This document shows, piece after piece, positions 48,203 through 58,007 of a DNA stretch of 64,000 bases. Under the pieces are notes generated by a model that saw nothing but the letters and a program-made list of their open reading frames with translations, did not search any database and was not told the origin of the DNA. Within the stretch, counting starts at the first letter, position 1. The number at the start of each line of letters is the position of its first letter. The position numbers were made by a program, and so were the translations under genes. Source of the stretch: Dehalococcoidia bacterium (GTDB lineage: Bacteria > Chloroflexota > Dehalococcoidia > Plut-88900); contig OZ240215.1 in the NCBI GenBank assembly GCA_965197585.1, forward strand, positions 512,001 through 576,000, written 5' to 3'.

Positions 48203-49588
48203 ATGCCGAAAGCCCAATCCAAGGCCACCTATGTCTGCAACGAATGCGGGGCGGATAGCCCCCGCTGGGAAGGCCGATGCTCCAGGTGCGGCACGTGGAA
48301 CAGCTTGAAGGAAGTCGTCCAACGGGCCTCTCGACCCGGCTCAACAGGCCCCCCACCCCTCGCCCGACCCCCCGTAGAGCTCGTCTCCGTTACCACTACA
48401 GGCCATGACCGTATGTCGCTAGCATCTGCCGAGTTCTCTCGCGTATTGGGCGGGGGCATAGTCCCAGGATCACTCGTTCTTCTTGGCGGCGAACCTGGCA
48501 TCGGCAAGTCTACGCTGCTCCTCCAGGCCGCAGCCGATATCGCCGGACGCGGGTCTCGGGTCCTCTACGTCTCCGGCGAGGAGTCTGAGCAACAGATCAG
48601 GATGCGGGCTACCAGGCTCGGTATCACGGGGCACAATCTCTTTGTCAACGCCTCCAATGACTTGGATGCCGCCCTGCGTTATATGGACGAGACTTCCCCC
48701 AACCTGGCTATCGTTGATTCCATTCAGACCGTTTTTCTTAGCGAAGTCGGGAGTACTCCCGGAAGCGTCGGTCAGATTAGGGAAGCCACCTGGCGTCTCA
48801 TGGAATGGAGCAAGAACTCGGGCATTCCCGTCATGATCTCTGGGCACGTGACCAAGGAAGGGAACATTGCCGGTCCCCGAATGCTGGAGCACATGGTAGA
48901 CGTCGTCCTCTATCTAGAAGGCGACGTCTATAGCCCGTACCGGCTCCTGCGCGGTGAGAAAAACCGCTTCGGGTCCACAAATGAGGTTGGTATTTTCGAA
49001 ATGGCGGAATCCGGCCTGATCGATGTCCTGGACCCCTCCCGAGCCCTCCTCTCCGAGCACAAGTCAGGCGGGATTGGCTCGGTCATCGTCCCAGTCATGG
49101 AAGGGACCCGACCTCTCTTGGTCGAGGTCCAGGCCCTCACCAATATGACTCCCTTTAACCTCCCCCGGCGCACCGCCAACGGCATAGACGTCAATCGCCT
49201 TCTTCTCATCACCGCCGTCCTCAGCAAACGATTGGGTGCCCGACTCTCCAATCAGGACGTTCTTGTCAACGTTGTAGGTGGAATCCGAATCCGGGAACCT
49301 TCTGCCGATCTCGCCGTGGCCCTCGCGATCCTTTCCAGCCTGAAGGATAGGCCCGTTCGAGACGGTCTTATCGCCGTTGGTGAGATCGGGTTGGGGGGTG
49401 AATTGCGCTCTGCGAGCCATCTGTCCCGACGCCTCCAGGAAGCCACCCAGCTTGGCCTTGATACAGGTATAATACCCACGTCGACTCCCAAGGGATTCAC
49501 AGCGCCCGATAAGATGGAACTTATTAAGGTGTCCAATCTCGCCGAAGCGGCGAGGGCCGCACTAGAGACCCGGAACCCTATAACATGA
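48203..49588 (+). CDS. radA: DNA repair protein RadA/Sms
   Basis: C4 zinc finger, GEPGIGKST, KNRFG, Lon-like C-terminus. Confidence 0.97.
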   Translation: MPKAQSKATYVCNECGADSPRWEGRCSRCGTWNSLKEVVQRASRPGSTGPPPLARPPVELVSVTTTGHDRMSLASAEFSRVLGGGIVPGSLVLLGGEPGIGKSTLLLQAAADIAGRGSRVLYVSGEESEQQIRMRATRLGITGHNLFVNASNDLDAALRYMDETSPNLAIVDSIQTVFLSEVGSTPGSVGQIREATWRLMEWSKNSGIPVMISGHVTKEGNIAGPRMLEHMVDVVLYLEGDVYSPYRLLRGEKNRFGSTNEVGIFEMAESGLIDVLDPSRALLSEHKSGGIGSVIVPVMEGTRPLLVEVQALTNMTPFNLPRRTANGIDVNRLLLITAVLSKRLGARLSNQDVLVNVVGGIRIREPSADLAVALAILSSLKDRPVRDGLIAVGEIGLGGELRSASHLSRRLQEATQLGLDTGIIPTSTPKGFTAPDKMELIKVSNLAEAARAALETRNPIT

Positions 49589-50454
49589 CCTCAGCAGTAG
49601 GCACATCCGAAAAAGCCGCCCGTCTCCACCGAATCCTGGAGGACATGGGATCCGTAGTTGTTGCCTACTCAGGCGGGGTCGATAGCGCATTTCTAGCCGT
49701 CGAAGCCCACGCTGCGCTGGGAGACCGTGCACTTGCCATAACAGCCGACTCCCCCAGCATCCCCCGCTCCGAGCTTAAAGACGCCCAATCCATCGCCAGC
49801 CAATTCGGATTCCAACACCGCGTTATAGACACCTTTGAGACCCAGGACCCCCGTTACCAGGAAAACAGTCCTCAGCGCTGTTTTTTCTGCAAGGGTGAGC
49901 TCTACTCTCGTCTGCTCCCAATCGCAGAGCAGGAAGGTTTCGACTGGGTGGCAAACGGCACCAACTCCGACGACCTGGGAGACTTCCGCCCCGGCCTCGA
50001 TGCCGCCCGCCGTTCCAATGTGCGCAGCCCCCTCTGCGAAGCCGAACTTACCAAGAGCGAGATCAGGCAGCTTTCCAAAGAGCGCGGGCTTCCCACCTGG
50101 GACAAGCCCGCCATGGCCTGCCTTGCCTCCCGTGTCCCTTATGGCGACAAGGTGACAGTTGAAGTTCTCCGCCAGATCGAGGCAGCCGAAGACTACCTGC
50201 GAAACCTCGGTATCCGAGACCTGCGCGTCCGGCACCACGACCGCATCGCCAGGATAGAGGTTGACGACGCTGGTTTCAGCCTTCTAGCCAAACAGGATGT
50301 GCGCCGAGACTTGGTCCGGCACTTCCGCACCCTCGGCTATACCTACGTCACTTTAGACATGTCGGGTTTCCGGTCCGGCAGCCTCAACGAGGTGCTGCAA
50401 CTCTCCCGGAAGTATTCTGGAGCCCCCGTCTCTTCTGCCAAGAGCAGGGGGTAG
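49585..50454 (+). CDS. larE: ATP-dependent sulfur transferase LarE
   Basis: SGGVDS PP-loop, RCFFCK, DFRPG, CLASR, LRVRHH, FRSGSLN. Confidence 0.93.
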   Translation: MTSAVGTSEKAARLHRILEDMGSVVVAYSGGVDSAFLAVEAHAALGDRALAITADSPSIPRSELKDAQSIASQFGFQHRVIDTFETQDPRYQENSPQRCFFCKGELYSRLLPIAEQEGFDWVANGTNSDDLGDFRPGLDAARRSNVRSPLCEAELTKSEIRQLSKERGLPTWDKPAMACLASRVPYGDKVTVEVLRQIEAAEDYLRNLGIRDLRVRHHDRIARIEVDDAGFSLLAKQDVRRDLVRHFRTLGYTYVTLDMSGFRSGSLNEVLQLSRKYSGAPVSSAKSRG

Positions 50455-50489
50455 TTTTACTCTCGGCCACGCCCCACTCCTCCCCTGCC

Positions 50490-51266
50490 ATGAGCTATCT
50501 ATTCGGAGATTCAGCAAGGGCGCAACGCAGGTTGGACATCCTTGCCCGCACTTTCGAGGCGCCAACCCGCGAATTCCTTGCCAACTTTGAGCCCTCGTCC
50601 ACGGACCTTGCCCTCGACTTGGGCTGTGGGCCGGGCCACACCACCCGTCTCATCGCCGACCTCCTCCCCTTCGATAAAATCGTCGGACTAGACAAATCTT
50701 CTCAATTCGTATCTTCCGCCTCCCGGTCGTCTCCGTCTCGGGTCTCCTTCATCAACCACGATGTCACCGTTGTGCCCTTTCCTATTCCGTCCGCCGATCT
50801 CATCTTCTGCCGCTTCCTGCTTCCCCATCTCCCAAACCCCATGCAAGCCTTGGTCGGCTGGGCCTCCCAGCTCTCCACTGAAGGTGTTCTCCTCGTGGAG
50901 GAAGTAGACTGGATCCATACTGAGAATCCCGTCCTGGACTCCTATCTCACCACTCTGGCCCGAGTCCTGGACGCCCAAGGCACGGCCCTATGTGCTGGGG
51001 CCCAACTTACAAACCTGCCGGACGAGGCGCCCCTCAGAATCGCCTCGGACAGCATTAGCCGCCTCCCAGTTTCTAACTGTGACGCCGCTGCCATGTTCTC
51101 CATGAACATACGGGCCTGGGGCGCCACCCACCCCGCCATATCCCTTTACAGCACATCGTTTCTGAAGTCCCTCCACAACGACCTTGAACGTATGGCTCAA
51201 GATTCCCCTGTTGAAGACTCCGACATAGAATGGGGCATGAGACAAATGGTTCTGGAGCCGGCATGA
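50490..51266 (+). CDS. Class I SAM-dependent methyltransferase
   Basis: LDLGCGPGHTT, GLD, HDV, DLIFCRFLLPH. Confidence 0.88.
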   Translation: MSYLFGDSARAQRRLDILARTFEAPTREFLANFEPSSTDLALDLGCGPGHTTRLIADLLPFDKIVGLDKSSQFVSSASRSSPSRVSFINHDVTVVPFPIPSADLIFCRFLLPHLPNPMQALVGWASQLSTEGVLLVEEVDWIHTENPVLDSYLTTLARVLDAQGTALCAGAQLTNLPDEAPLRIASDSISRLPVSNCDAAAMFSMNIRAWGATHPAISLYSTSFLKSLHNDLERMAQDSPVEDSDIEWGMRQMVLEPA

Positions 51267-52480
51267 AGGTTGCTTACTTTAACTGCATTGGCGGCGTCAG
51301 CGGCGACATGGTCCTCGGGGCCCTAGTAGACGTTGGCCTCTCCATCGACTCCCTCCGCAACGAGCTTTCAAAGCTCGGCGTTCAAGGCTACGACATCGAA
51401 GCCTCTCCGGACTCCCGTTCCGCAATCTCCGGCACCCGAGTCAGCGTGAAGACATCGTCCGCTACCCAACCCCGCCGCAATCTCAGGGATATCCTTTCAC
51501 TAATAGACGAAAGCCGCCTCTCCCCCTCTGTGAAAGAAAAGGCGACCAGGATATTCCGCCGACTTGCCCAGGCCGAGTCCCGAGTCCACCGCGTCGAGAT
51601 AGATCAGGTCCACTTCCACGAGGTCGGCGCCGTCGATGCCATAGTAGATATCGTTGGCACTGCTTGTGGCCTGGAGCTCCTCGGTGTGGATCAAGTCTAC
51701 TGCTCTTCGATACCGCCAGGAAGCGGGACCGTAAAGGCGGAACACGGGCGGCTCCCCGTCCCCGCACCCGCAACCGTAGAGCTTATGGCTCTTGCCAACG
51801 CACCCTTTGCCCCTCCCTCCCCCCACGCTCCTGTCACCGAGCTTTCCACCCCAACCGGAGTTGCCATAATGACTACCCTCTCCGAATTCGCGCAGCCAGA
51901 GATTAGGGTGGAAGCAGCAGGCTACGGTATCGGCCAGAAGGATATGGGTGAATACCCAAACGCCCTGGGCCTCTGGCTGGGCCAGGTGCAGTCCCATTCC
52001 GGGGCTCGACCCCTTGTCGTCATAGAGACCAACATAGACGACATGAACCCCGAGATTTACCCTTATCTTATGGACCGGCTCTTTGAGACTGGGGCCCGGG
52101 ACGTCTGGTTCACGCCTATACACATGAAAAAGGGCCGCCCTGCCGTCATGGTAAGTGTCCTTTCCGACCCCGGCCATCGAGAGGCCATAGTCCACGATCT
52201 CCTCAAAGAGACGTCTACCCTAGGTGTCCGGGTGCGGGAAGTCCTTCGCTATGAGGCCGAGCGCAGAATAGAGAAGGTTGCCACGAGTATCGGGCCTGTG
52301 CGGGTCAAGCTGAAAATCCAGAACGGTAACCCGGTCTCCGTCTCGCCTGAGCACGATGACTGTGCCGCAATCGCCGCCGAGTCGGGGATTCCGCTCAGAG
52401 ACGTCTACCGTATTGTCACCGAGGAGGCTTCCCGCCTCCTCTTACCGTTCCCAGAAGGCAGCCCCGGTTCCGAGCTATAA
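51263..52480 (+). CDS. larC: Nickel pincer cofactor biosynthesis protein LarC
   Basis: GVSGDM, VHFHEVGAVD, HGRLPVPAPAT, TPTG, ETNIDD, MKKGRP, PEHDDC. Confidence 0.95.
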   Translation: MKVAYFNCIGGVSGDMVLGALVDVGLSIDSLRNELSKLGVQGYDIEASPDSRSAISGTRVSVKTSSATQPRRNLRDILSLIDESRLSPSVKEKATRIFRRLAQAESRVHRVEIDQVHFHEVGAVDAIVDIVGTACGLELLGVDQVYCSSIPPGSGTVKAEHGRLPVPAPATVELMALANAPFAPPSPHAPVTELSTPTGVAIMTTLSEFAQPEIRVEAAGYGIGQKDMGEYPNALGLWLGQVQSHSGARPLVVIETNIDDMNPEIYPYLMDRLFETGARDVWFTPIHMKKGRPAVMVSVLSDPGHREAIVHDLLKETSTLGVRVREVLRYEAERRIEKVATSIGPVRVKLKIQNGNPVSVSPEHDDCAAIAAESGIPLRDVYRIVTEEASRLLLPFPEGSPGSEL

Positions 52481-52790
52481 ACGCGTACAGGCGCACTCCC
52501 AGGAACCGTGCCCCCGGCAGCCACATAAGTGGGGCCAGTGGAAGCAGCGGGGGCAATATCAGTGCCAACCGCCTCACTGCGAAGAAGCCACCGTGCAACC
52601 GGCCCTGGGAGTCTTCCAGGTACATAGCCTCGTTCAGATCGGCCCGGGTCAGGCCCCTTGGGAAACTGCTCAATTCCTGCCCAGGAGTCCACTTCACCCT
52701 CTGAAACCAGTCCGCCTTAGCCATCCACTTCACTGCTCCCCTGCACAGGCCGCATGCGCCGTCATAGTAGACGGTGGCCTGGGAGTCCAA
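52416..52790 (-). CDS. DCC1-like (DUF393) thiol-disulfide oxidoreductase; start codon uncertain
   Basis: YYDGACGLC and Y..IARNR motifs. Confidence 0.75.
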   Translation of the reverse strand: MDSQATVYYDGACGLCRGAVKWMAKADWFQRVKWTPGQELSSFPRGLTRADLNEAMYLEDSQGRLHGGFFAVRRLALILPPLLPLAPLMWLPGARFLGVRLYAFIARNRGCLLGTVRGGGKPPR

Positions 52791-52997
52791 CCCCCTGAAC
52801 AAATTCCAACTGAGCCTTGACTTTATACGCGCCAATTTCCTATACTGACTGCTAGATTTAAGGGAGTTCTTTATCGTACCTTCTGCGGGCCCTTCGTAGG
52901 AGGTACTTTCGAGTCTAGGACATTGTATATCGGGCGTCGTGTATTCGCGCTGATGTCCCGGTAAAACCATCAGGGAGGAAACAGCCCGCATCCTTCT

Positions 52998-53073
52998 GCC
53001 CGAGTGGCGCAATGGCAGCGCAGCCGATTTGTAATCGGCAGGTTGGCGGGTTCGATTCCCCTCTCGGGCTCCA
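52998..53073 (+). tRNA. tRNA-Thr(TGT)
   Basis: Acceptor GCCCGAG/CTCGGGC, anticodon arm GCCGA-TTTGTAA-TCGGC, TTCGATT, CCA. Confidence 0.93.
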
Positions 53074-53138
53074 ACCCGCGTCAAAAAACCTCCAACAAAC
53101 AAATCCATCAGGTGCCATAAACAGGAGCACGTCATTGC

Positions 53139-53224
53139 GGAGGGGTGGGTGAGCGGTTAAAACCGGCGGTCTGTAAAATCGCTGCCGAAAGGCTACGCAG
53201 GTTCGAATCCTGCCCCCTCCACCA
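53139..53224 (+). tRNA. tRNA-Tyr(GTA)
   Basis: Acceptor GGAGGGG/CCCCTCC, loop CTGTAAA, long variable arm, TTCGAAT, CCA. Confidence 0.96.
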
Positions 53225-53265
53225 TCAAAAGAATCTATAATAGTGTGAAAAGGAGCATTCAGTAG

Positions 53266-53340
53266 GCCCACATAGCTCAGTGGTAGAGCACGTTCTTGGT
53301 AAGAACGGGGTCACCGGTTCAAATCCGGTTGTGGGCTCCA
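53266..53340 (+). tRNA. tRNA-Thr(GGT)
   Basis: Acceptor GCCCACA/TGTGGGC, CGTTC-TTGGTAA-GAACG, TTCAAAT, CCA. Confidence 0.96.
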
Positions 53341-53358
53341 CTACAGGAGAGTCATAAA

Positions 53359-54558
53359 ATGGCTAAACAACGTTTCCTAAGAACTAAGCCCCACGTCAAC
53401 GTGGGAACCATCGGTCATGTCGACCACGGAAAGACCACTCTGACCGCCGCCATCACCAAGGTGCTTGGCATGCAGGGTGGAGCCTCTTTCCGTCCCTACG
53501 ATTCCATAGACAACGCCCCAGAAGAGAAGGCCCGAGGCCTCACCATCGCCATCACCCACGTAGAGTATGAGACCACTGAACGTCACTATGCTCACGTCGA
53601 CTGCCCCGGCCACGCCGACTACATCAAGAACATGATCACCGGTGCAGCCCAGATGGATGGTGCTATCCTCGTCGTCTCCGCACCCGACGGCCCCATGCCC
53701 CAGACACGGGAGCACATCCTCCTTGCCCGGCAGGTTCTCGTACCATACATGGTCGTCTTCCTCAACAAGACGGACCAGATGGACGACCCCGAGCTCCTCG
53801 ACCTCGTCGAGCTTGAGCTCAGTGAGCTCCTGTCCAAGTACGACTTCCCCGGCGAGGAAATCCCAATCATCCGGGGCAGTGCCCTACAGGCCCTCGAGTC
53901 CGATTCCACCGACCCCAACGCCCCCGAATACCAGCCCATCCTGGAACTGATGAAATCCGTGGACAGCTACATTCCCCTTCCCGAAAGGCCTTCCGACCTG
54001 CCCTTCCTCATGCCTATTGAAGACGTCTTCAGCATCAAGGGCCGCGGAACAGTGGTAACCGGCCGTGTCGAGCGCGGCACCGTCAAGACTGGAGACCAAG
54101 TCGAGATCGTCGGCTTTGGTGAGACCAGGAGGACGACGGTCACCGGCGTCGAGATGTTCCACAAGACCCTCGACTACGCCGAGCCCGGCGATGCCGTAGG
54201 TTGCCTCATCAGGGGTGTCGAGCGGGACGAAATTGAGCGAGGGCAAGTCCTTGCCAAACCCGGCTCAATCAACCCGCACATGGCCTCAGACGCCGAGGTC
54301 TACGTCCTTACCAAGGAGGAGGGTGGACGACACACTCCCTTCTTCCCCGGCTACAAGCCCCAGTTCTACATCCGTACCACCGACGTCACCGGCGAGATCG
54401 CTCTACCCGAAGGCACCGAGATGGTCATGCCCGGCGACAACATCACCATGGGCATCAAGCTCTTAACACCCGTTGCCATTGAGCAGGAGCTCCGCTTCGC
54501 CATCCGGGAAGGCGGCAGGACTGTCGGCGCCGGCGTGTTCACCAAGGTGAGCAACTAG
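53359..54558 (+). CDS. tuf: Elongation factor Tu
   Basis: [29 protein letters not shown]; AGGAG SD. Confidence 0.99.
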   Translation: MAKQRFLRTKPHVNVGTIGHVDHGKTTLTAAITKVLGMQGGASFRPYDSIDNAPEEKARGLTIAITHVEYETTERHYAHVDCPGHADYIKNMITGAAQMDGAILVVSAPDGPMPQTREHILLARQVLVPYMVVFLNKTDQMDDPELLDLVELELSELLSKYDFPGEEIPIIRGSALQALESDSTDPNAPEYQPILELMKSVDSYIPLPERPSDLPFLMPIEDVFSIKGRGTVVTGRVERGTVKTGDQVEIVGFGETRRTTVTGVEMFHKTLDYAEPGDAVGCLIRGVERDEIERGQVLAKPGSINPHMASDAEVYVLTKEEGGRHTPFFPGYKPQFYIRTTDVTGEIALPEGTEMVMPGDNITMGIKLLTPVAIEQELRFAIREGGRTVGAGVFTKVSN

Positions 54559-54596
54559 CTTACCCGGCCCTACTGGGAGCAAAGGGAAATTGAGCG

Positions 54597-54764
54597 ATGG
54601 CTAGAGGAAAAGACGTACGAATAATAGTTAACCTGGCCTGTACCGACTGCCGGGAGAGGACCTACACCACCAGCAAGAACCGGAGGAACGACTCGGGACG
54701 CATGGAGTTGTCCAAGTTCTGCCCCCGCTGCCGGGGTCACAAGCTCCATCGGGAGACTAGATAA
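54597..54764 (+). CDS. rpmG: 50S ribosomal protein L33 (zinc-ribbon form; absent from the ORF track)
   Basis: Translated by hand: MARGKDVRIIVNLACTDCRERTYTTSKNRRNDSGRMELSKFCPRCRGHKLHRETR. Confidence 0.96.
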   Translation: MARGKDVRIIVNLACTDCRERTYTTSKNRRNDSGRMELSKFCPRCRGHKLHRETR

Positions 54765-54799
54765 ACCCACGTGAGACGAACTGCGCACAGGGAAACTGA

Positions 54800-55033
54800 A
54801 TGAGACGCTTCACCCTTCCGGCCCGGGCTAGGATGTCGGCCTCCAGGCCTTTCCTAGGTCGCTTCCGCTTTATAGCCGAGGCCATAGCCGAGTTGCGCAA
54901 GGTCAACTGGCCTTCCAAGGAAGAGACCAAACGCCTAACAACCATGGTTGTGATCGTCTCCGTTGCCATGGGCGCCTTCCTGGGAATCGTCGACGAAGGT
55001 TTCTCCATGCTCATGGACCTCCTCCTTTTCTAG
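54800..55033 (+). CDS. secE: Preprotein translocase SecE
   Basis: ELRKVNWPSKEE plus a single TM; rpmG-secE-nusG synteny. Confidence 0.93.
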   Translation: MRRFTLPARARMSASRPFLGRFRFIAEAIAELRKVNWPSKEETKRLTTMVVIVSVAMGAFLGIVDEGFSMLMDLLLF

Positions 55034-55094
55034 AGCAACATTGATCAAGACACGCCTGCCGATTAGCCGAATGGTGAGGGCAGGGTAGACAGAC

Positions 55095-55652
55095 ATGACT
55101 TCACAATCCAAGACAACAAAGCTCGACCACCGCTGGTACGTAGTCCACACCTACGCCGGCTACGAGGACCGCGTCAAGAACAACCTCGAGCACCGCATTG
55201 AGTCCATGGACGCCGCCGCCGAAATCTTTGAGGTTCTCGTACCCACCGAGGAAGAGCTCGATATCCGAGAGGGCCAGCGCCGAACAGTTTCCAAGAAAGT
55301 TTTCCCCGGCTACATCCTGGTCAACATGGCCCTCACCGATAACAGCTGGTACGTGGTGAGGAATACTCCTGGCGTAACCGGTTTTGTAACCTCAGGCGAC
55401 CCTCCTCGCCCCGTCCCTCTCGAAGACGACGAGGTCAACGCCATCGTCGTACAGATGGAAGCCGAGGCTCCTCGCGTCAAGGTCGGCTTGGACAAAGGCG
55501 AGAAAATTCGCATAATAGATGGGCCGTTTTCTGATTTCATCGGCACCGTCGATGACCTCTACCCCGATAAGGGGAAGATACGGGTCCTCGTTTCATTCTT
55601 CGGGCGGGACACGGGCGTCGAGTTAGACTATTTGCAAGTAGAGAAGCTGTAA
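55095..55652 (+). CDS. nusG: Transcription factor NusG
   Basis: WYVVHTYAGYE, FPGYILV, NTPGVTGF, KOW domain. Confidence 0.97.
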   Translation: MTSQSKTTKLDHRWYVVHTYAGYEDRVKNNLEHRIESMDAAAEIFEVLVPTEEELDIREGQRRTVSKKVFPGYILVNMALTDNSWYVVRNTPGVTGFVTSGDPPRPVPLEDDEVNAIVVQMEAEAPRVKVGLDKGEKIRIIDGPFSDFIGTVDDLYPDKGKIRVLVSFFGRDTGVELDYLQVEKL

Positions 55653-55679
55653 CCCGCCCAACGGACCGGACTAAATACA

Positions 55680-56102
55680 ATGCCAAAGAGAATTAAGGCC
55701 GTACTTAAGCTCCAAATCGAAGCGGGAAAAGCAACCCCGGCGCCCCCCATCGGACCTGCCCTCGGTCAGCACGGGGTCAACATCATGGGCTTCTGCAAGG
55801 AGTACAACGCTCGCACCTCCGCCCAGGCCGGTACCATCGTCCCTGTAGAGCTTACCGTCTTTCAAGACGCATCATTCTCCTTTGTCACCAAGACCCCACC
55901 CGCCGCGGTTCTCATCAAGAGCGCAGCGGGTGTTGAGAAGGGCAGCAGCCTGTCAGGCCAGGAGGTAATCGGCAGTATCCCCCGAGACAAAATCCGGGAG
56001 ATCGCCGAGACCAAGCTCAAGGACCTCAACGCCAATGACCTGGAAGGCGCCATGCGCATCATTGAAGGCACCGCCCGTAATATGGGAATCGAGGTTGTCT
56101 AG
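55680..56102 (+). CDS. rplK: 50S ribosomal protein L11
   Basis: [23 protein letters not shown]. Confidence 0.98.
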   Translation: MPKRIKAVLKLQIEAGKATPAPPIGPALGQHGVNIMGFCKEYNARTSAQAGTIVPVELTVFQDASFSFVTKTPPAAVLIKSAAGVEKGSSLSGQEVIGSIPRDKIREIAETKLKDLNANDLEGAMRIIEGTARNMGIEVV

Positions 56103-56138
56103 TCCCAGACAACCCTCCAGATAAGAGAGAACACCCTA

Positions 56139-56855
56139 ATGGCTAAGAGAGGCAAGAGATACGAAGAGGCTGCGGCATTGGTCGACAAGACTAAGGCCTA
56201 CACCCCCGATGAGGCCGTCGATCTGGCCAAGCAGACAGCCAAGGCTAAGTACGACGAGACGGTTGAAATTCACATGCGCATGGGCCTCGACCCCCGCCAT
56301 GCCGACCAGCAGGTGCGTGGCCTCGCCATGCTCCCAAACGGCACCGGCAAGCAGGTCCGAGTCCTGGTATTTGCCCAGGGTGAAGGCGCCACTTTAGCTG
56401 AGCAAAGCGGCGCTGACTTCGTGGGCGCCGACGATATTATTCAGCGCATTGAGGGTGGCTGGGTCGAATTCGACACCGCTATTGCCACCCCGGAGATGAT
56501 GAGCAAAATCGGTAAGCTTGGCCGAATCCTTGGACGCCGAGGACTCATGCCCAACCCCCGCTCCGGCACCGTAGTCCAACAGCCCGACCTACCCAAGGCC
56601 ATCTCCGACTCCCGCAAGGGAAAGATCGAATATCGGTTGGACCGCACCGCCGTCATCCACGCTCCCCTCGGTAAGGCCAGTTTTGAGAAGGACGACCTCC
56701 TCGAAAATCTGTCCACCTTTATGGACTCGGTGATAAGGGCCAAACCCTCCGGAGCCAAGGGTCAATACATCAAAAACATATCCGTATCCACGACCCACGG
56801 ACCGGGCATAAACATGGACGTCCAGTCTGCCATGACCCTCAGCGCGAGTGAATAG
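56139..56855 (+). CDS. rplA: 50S ribosomal protein L1
   Basis: [32 protein letters not shown]. Confidence 0.98.
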   Translation: MAKRGKRYEEAAALVDKTKAYTPDEAVDLAKQTAKAKYDETVEIHMRMGLDPRHADQQVRGLAMLPNGTGKQVRVLVFAQGEGATLAEQSGADFVGADDIIQRIEGGWVEFDTAIATPEMMSKIGKLGRILGRRGLMPNPRSGTVVQQPDLPKAISDSRKGKIEYRLDRTAVIHAPLGKASFEKDDLLENLSTFMDSVIRAKPSGAKGQYIKNISVSTTHGPGINMDVQSAMTLSASE

Positions 56856-56899
56856 TCCCGCTAAAGAGGCAAACCTAGTTACTTAACGCAACTAAATAG

Positions 56900-57040
56900 T
56901 TCGCCGCAGACGGCGGGCGGCTCCCCGGAGCCTTAATTGTTCAGCCTGCCCAGGTGATTCGCCAAATCCCTGATCTTTCGCTCTACTGGATCGGGCTTGA
57001 AAAATCCCTTGGGCTGCGCCCCGGGGGTTTTGTATTTTTA
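56900..57040 (+). ncRNA. L10 leader (rplJL autoregulatory RNA) with terminator hairpin
   Basis: CCGCAGACGGCGGG...TTAA...CCTGCCCAGG core upstream of rplJ, then AAAATCCCTTGGG/CCCGGGGGTTTT plus a T-tract. Confidence 0.75.
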
Positions 57041-57068
57041 GAGAAGATAAACTGAAGGCGGTAAATAA

Positions 57069-57602
57069 ATGGCCACAGAAAAGAAAGAACAGCAAGTCCG
57101 GGAGATAGCCGAGTTGCTGGGTCGGTGCACCATAGCCATCGCCACCGATTACCGGGGCTTGGCTATGCCGGAGATGATGGCCCTGCGTCGTAAGCTCCGG
57201 GAGTTTGGCGTGGAGTACCGGGTTATCAAAAACACCCTCGCCCGCCGGGCCGCCGAGCAGACCGGCGCCCAACCATTGGTACAGTTTCTCGAAGGGCCCA
57301 CTGCCATCGCATTCGGATACGGCGAGGCTACAGAGCCCGCCAAGGTCCTGATAGACCACATCCGGCAGGAGCGCAGCATTCTTGCGGTCAAGGGAGCTGT
57401 CATGGGAGCCCGTCCCCTCGCCTCGAACGAGGTCGGTATTCTCGCTATCCTGCCGCCCAGGCAGGAATTGATAGCCAAGACCGCAGGCGCACTGCTCGCT
57501 CCCCTTTCTGCCCTTCAGTTCGTACTTAGCGCCCAGATAGGGGGCCTCGTCACGGCCCTCAGTGCCCGTGTTGACCAATTGCAAGAAGAAACCGCAAGCT
57601 AG
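57069..57602 (+). CDS. rplJ: 50S ribosomal protein L10
   Basis: DYRGL, LRRKLR, KNTLAR, GPTAIAF. Confidence 0.96.
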   Translation: MATEKKEQQVREIAELLGRCTIAIATDYRGLAMPEMMALRRKLREFGVEYRVIKNTLARRAAEQTGAQPLVQFLEGPTAIAFGYGEATEPAKVLIDHIRQERSILAVKGAVMGARPLASNEVGILAILPPRQELIAKTAGALLAPLSALQFVLSAQIGGLVTALSARVDQLQEETAS

Positions 57603-57623
57603 ATCGTCATAAGGAGATTAGAT

Positions 57624-57998
57624 ATGGCAACCAAGGAAGAACTCCTCGAATCAATCAAGGCCATGACCGTCTTAGAGCTTTCCGAGCTCGTTAAGGCCAT
57701 CGAGGCAGAGTTCGGTGTCAGTGCCGCGGCCCCAGTTGCCGTTGCCGCCGCACCCGCAGCAGCCGAGGCCGCACCTGTCGAAGAGAAGACCGAGTTCGAT
57801 GTCGTCCTCAAGGAGATCGGCCCCAACAAGATCAACGTGATCAAGGCCGTCCGAGAGGTCACCACCCTCGGCCTGCGCGAGGCCAAAGAGCTGGTCGAAA
57901 GCGCCCCGAAGGCCGTTCGTGAGGCTGTCGCCAAGGAAGAGGCCGAGACCGTCAAGAAGACTCTCGAGGGCGCTGGCGCCACTGTCGAGCTTGCCTAG
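57624..57998 (+). CDS. rplL: 50S ribosomal protein L7/L12
   Basis: FGVSAAA hinge, [24 protein letters not shown]. Confidence 0.98.
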   Translation: MATKEELLESIKAMTVLELSELVKAIEAEFGVSAAAPVAVAAAPAAAEAAPVEEKTEFDVVLKEIGPNKINVIKAVREVTTLGLREAKELVESAPKAVREAVAKEEAETVKKTLEGAGATVELA

Positions 57999-58007
57999 GA
58001 CTCGCTC

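Noticed and set aside
52836-53135. Long N-terminal extension of the 239-aa minus-strand ORF
   Set aside because: It runs antisense through tRNA-Thr; only the DCC-like C-terminal part is credible.
53296-53358. N-terminal extension of the tuf ORF in the ORF track
   Set aside because: It overlaps tRNA-Thr(GGT); the real start is ATG 53359 behind AGGAG.
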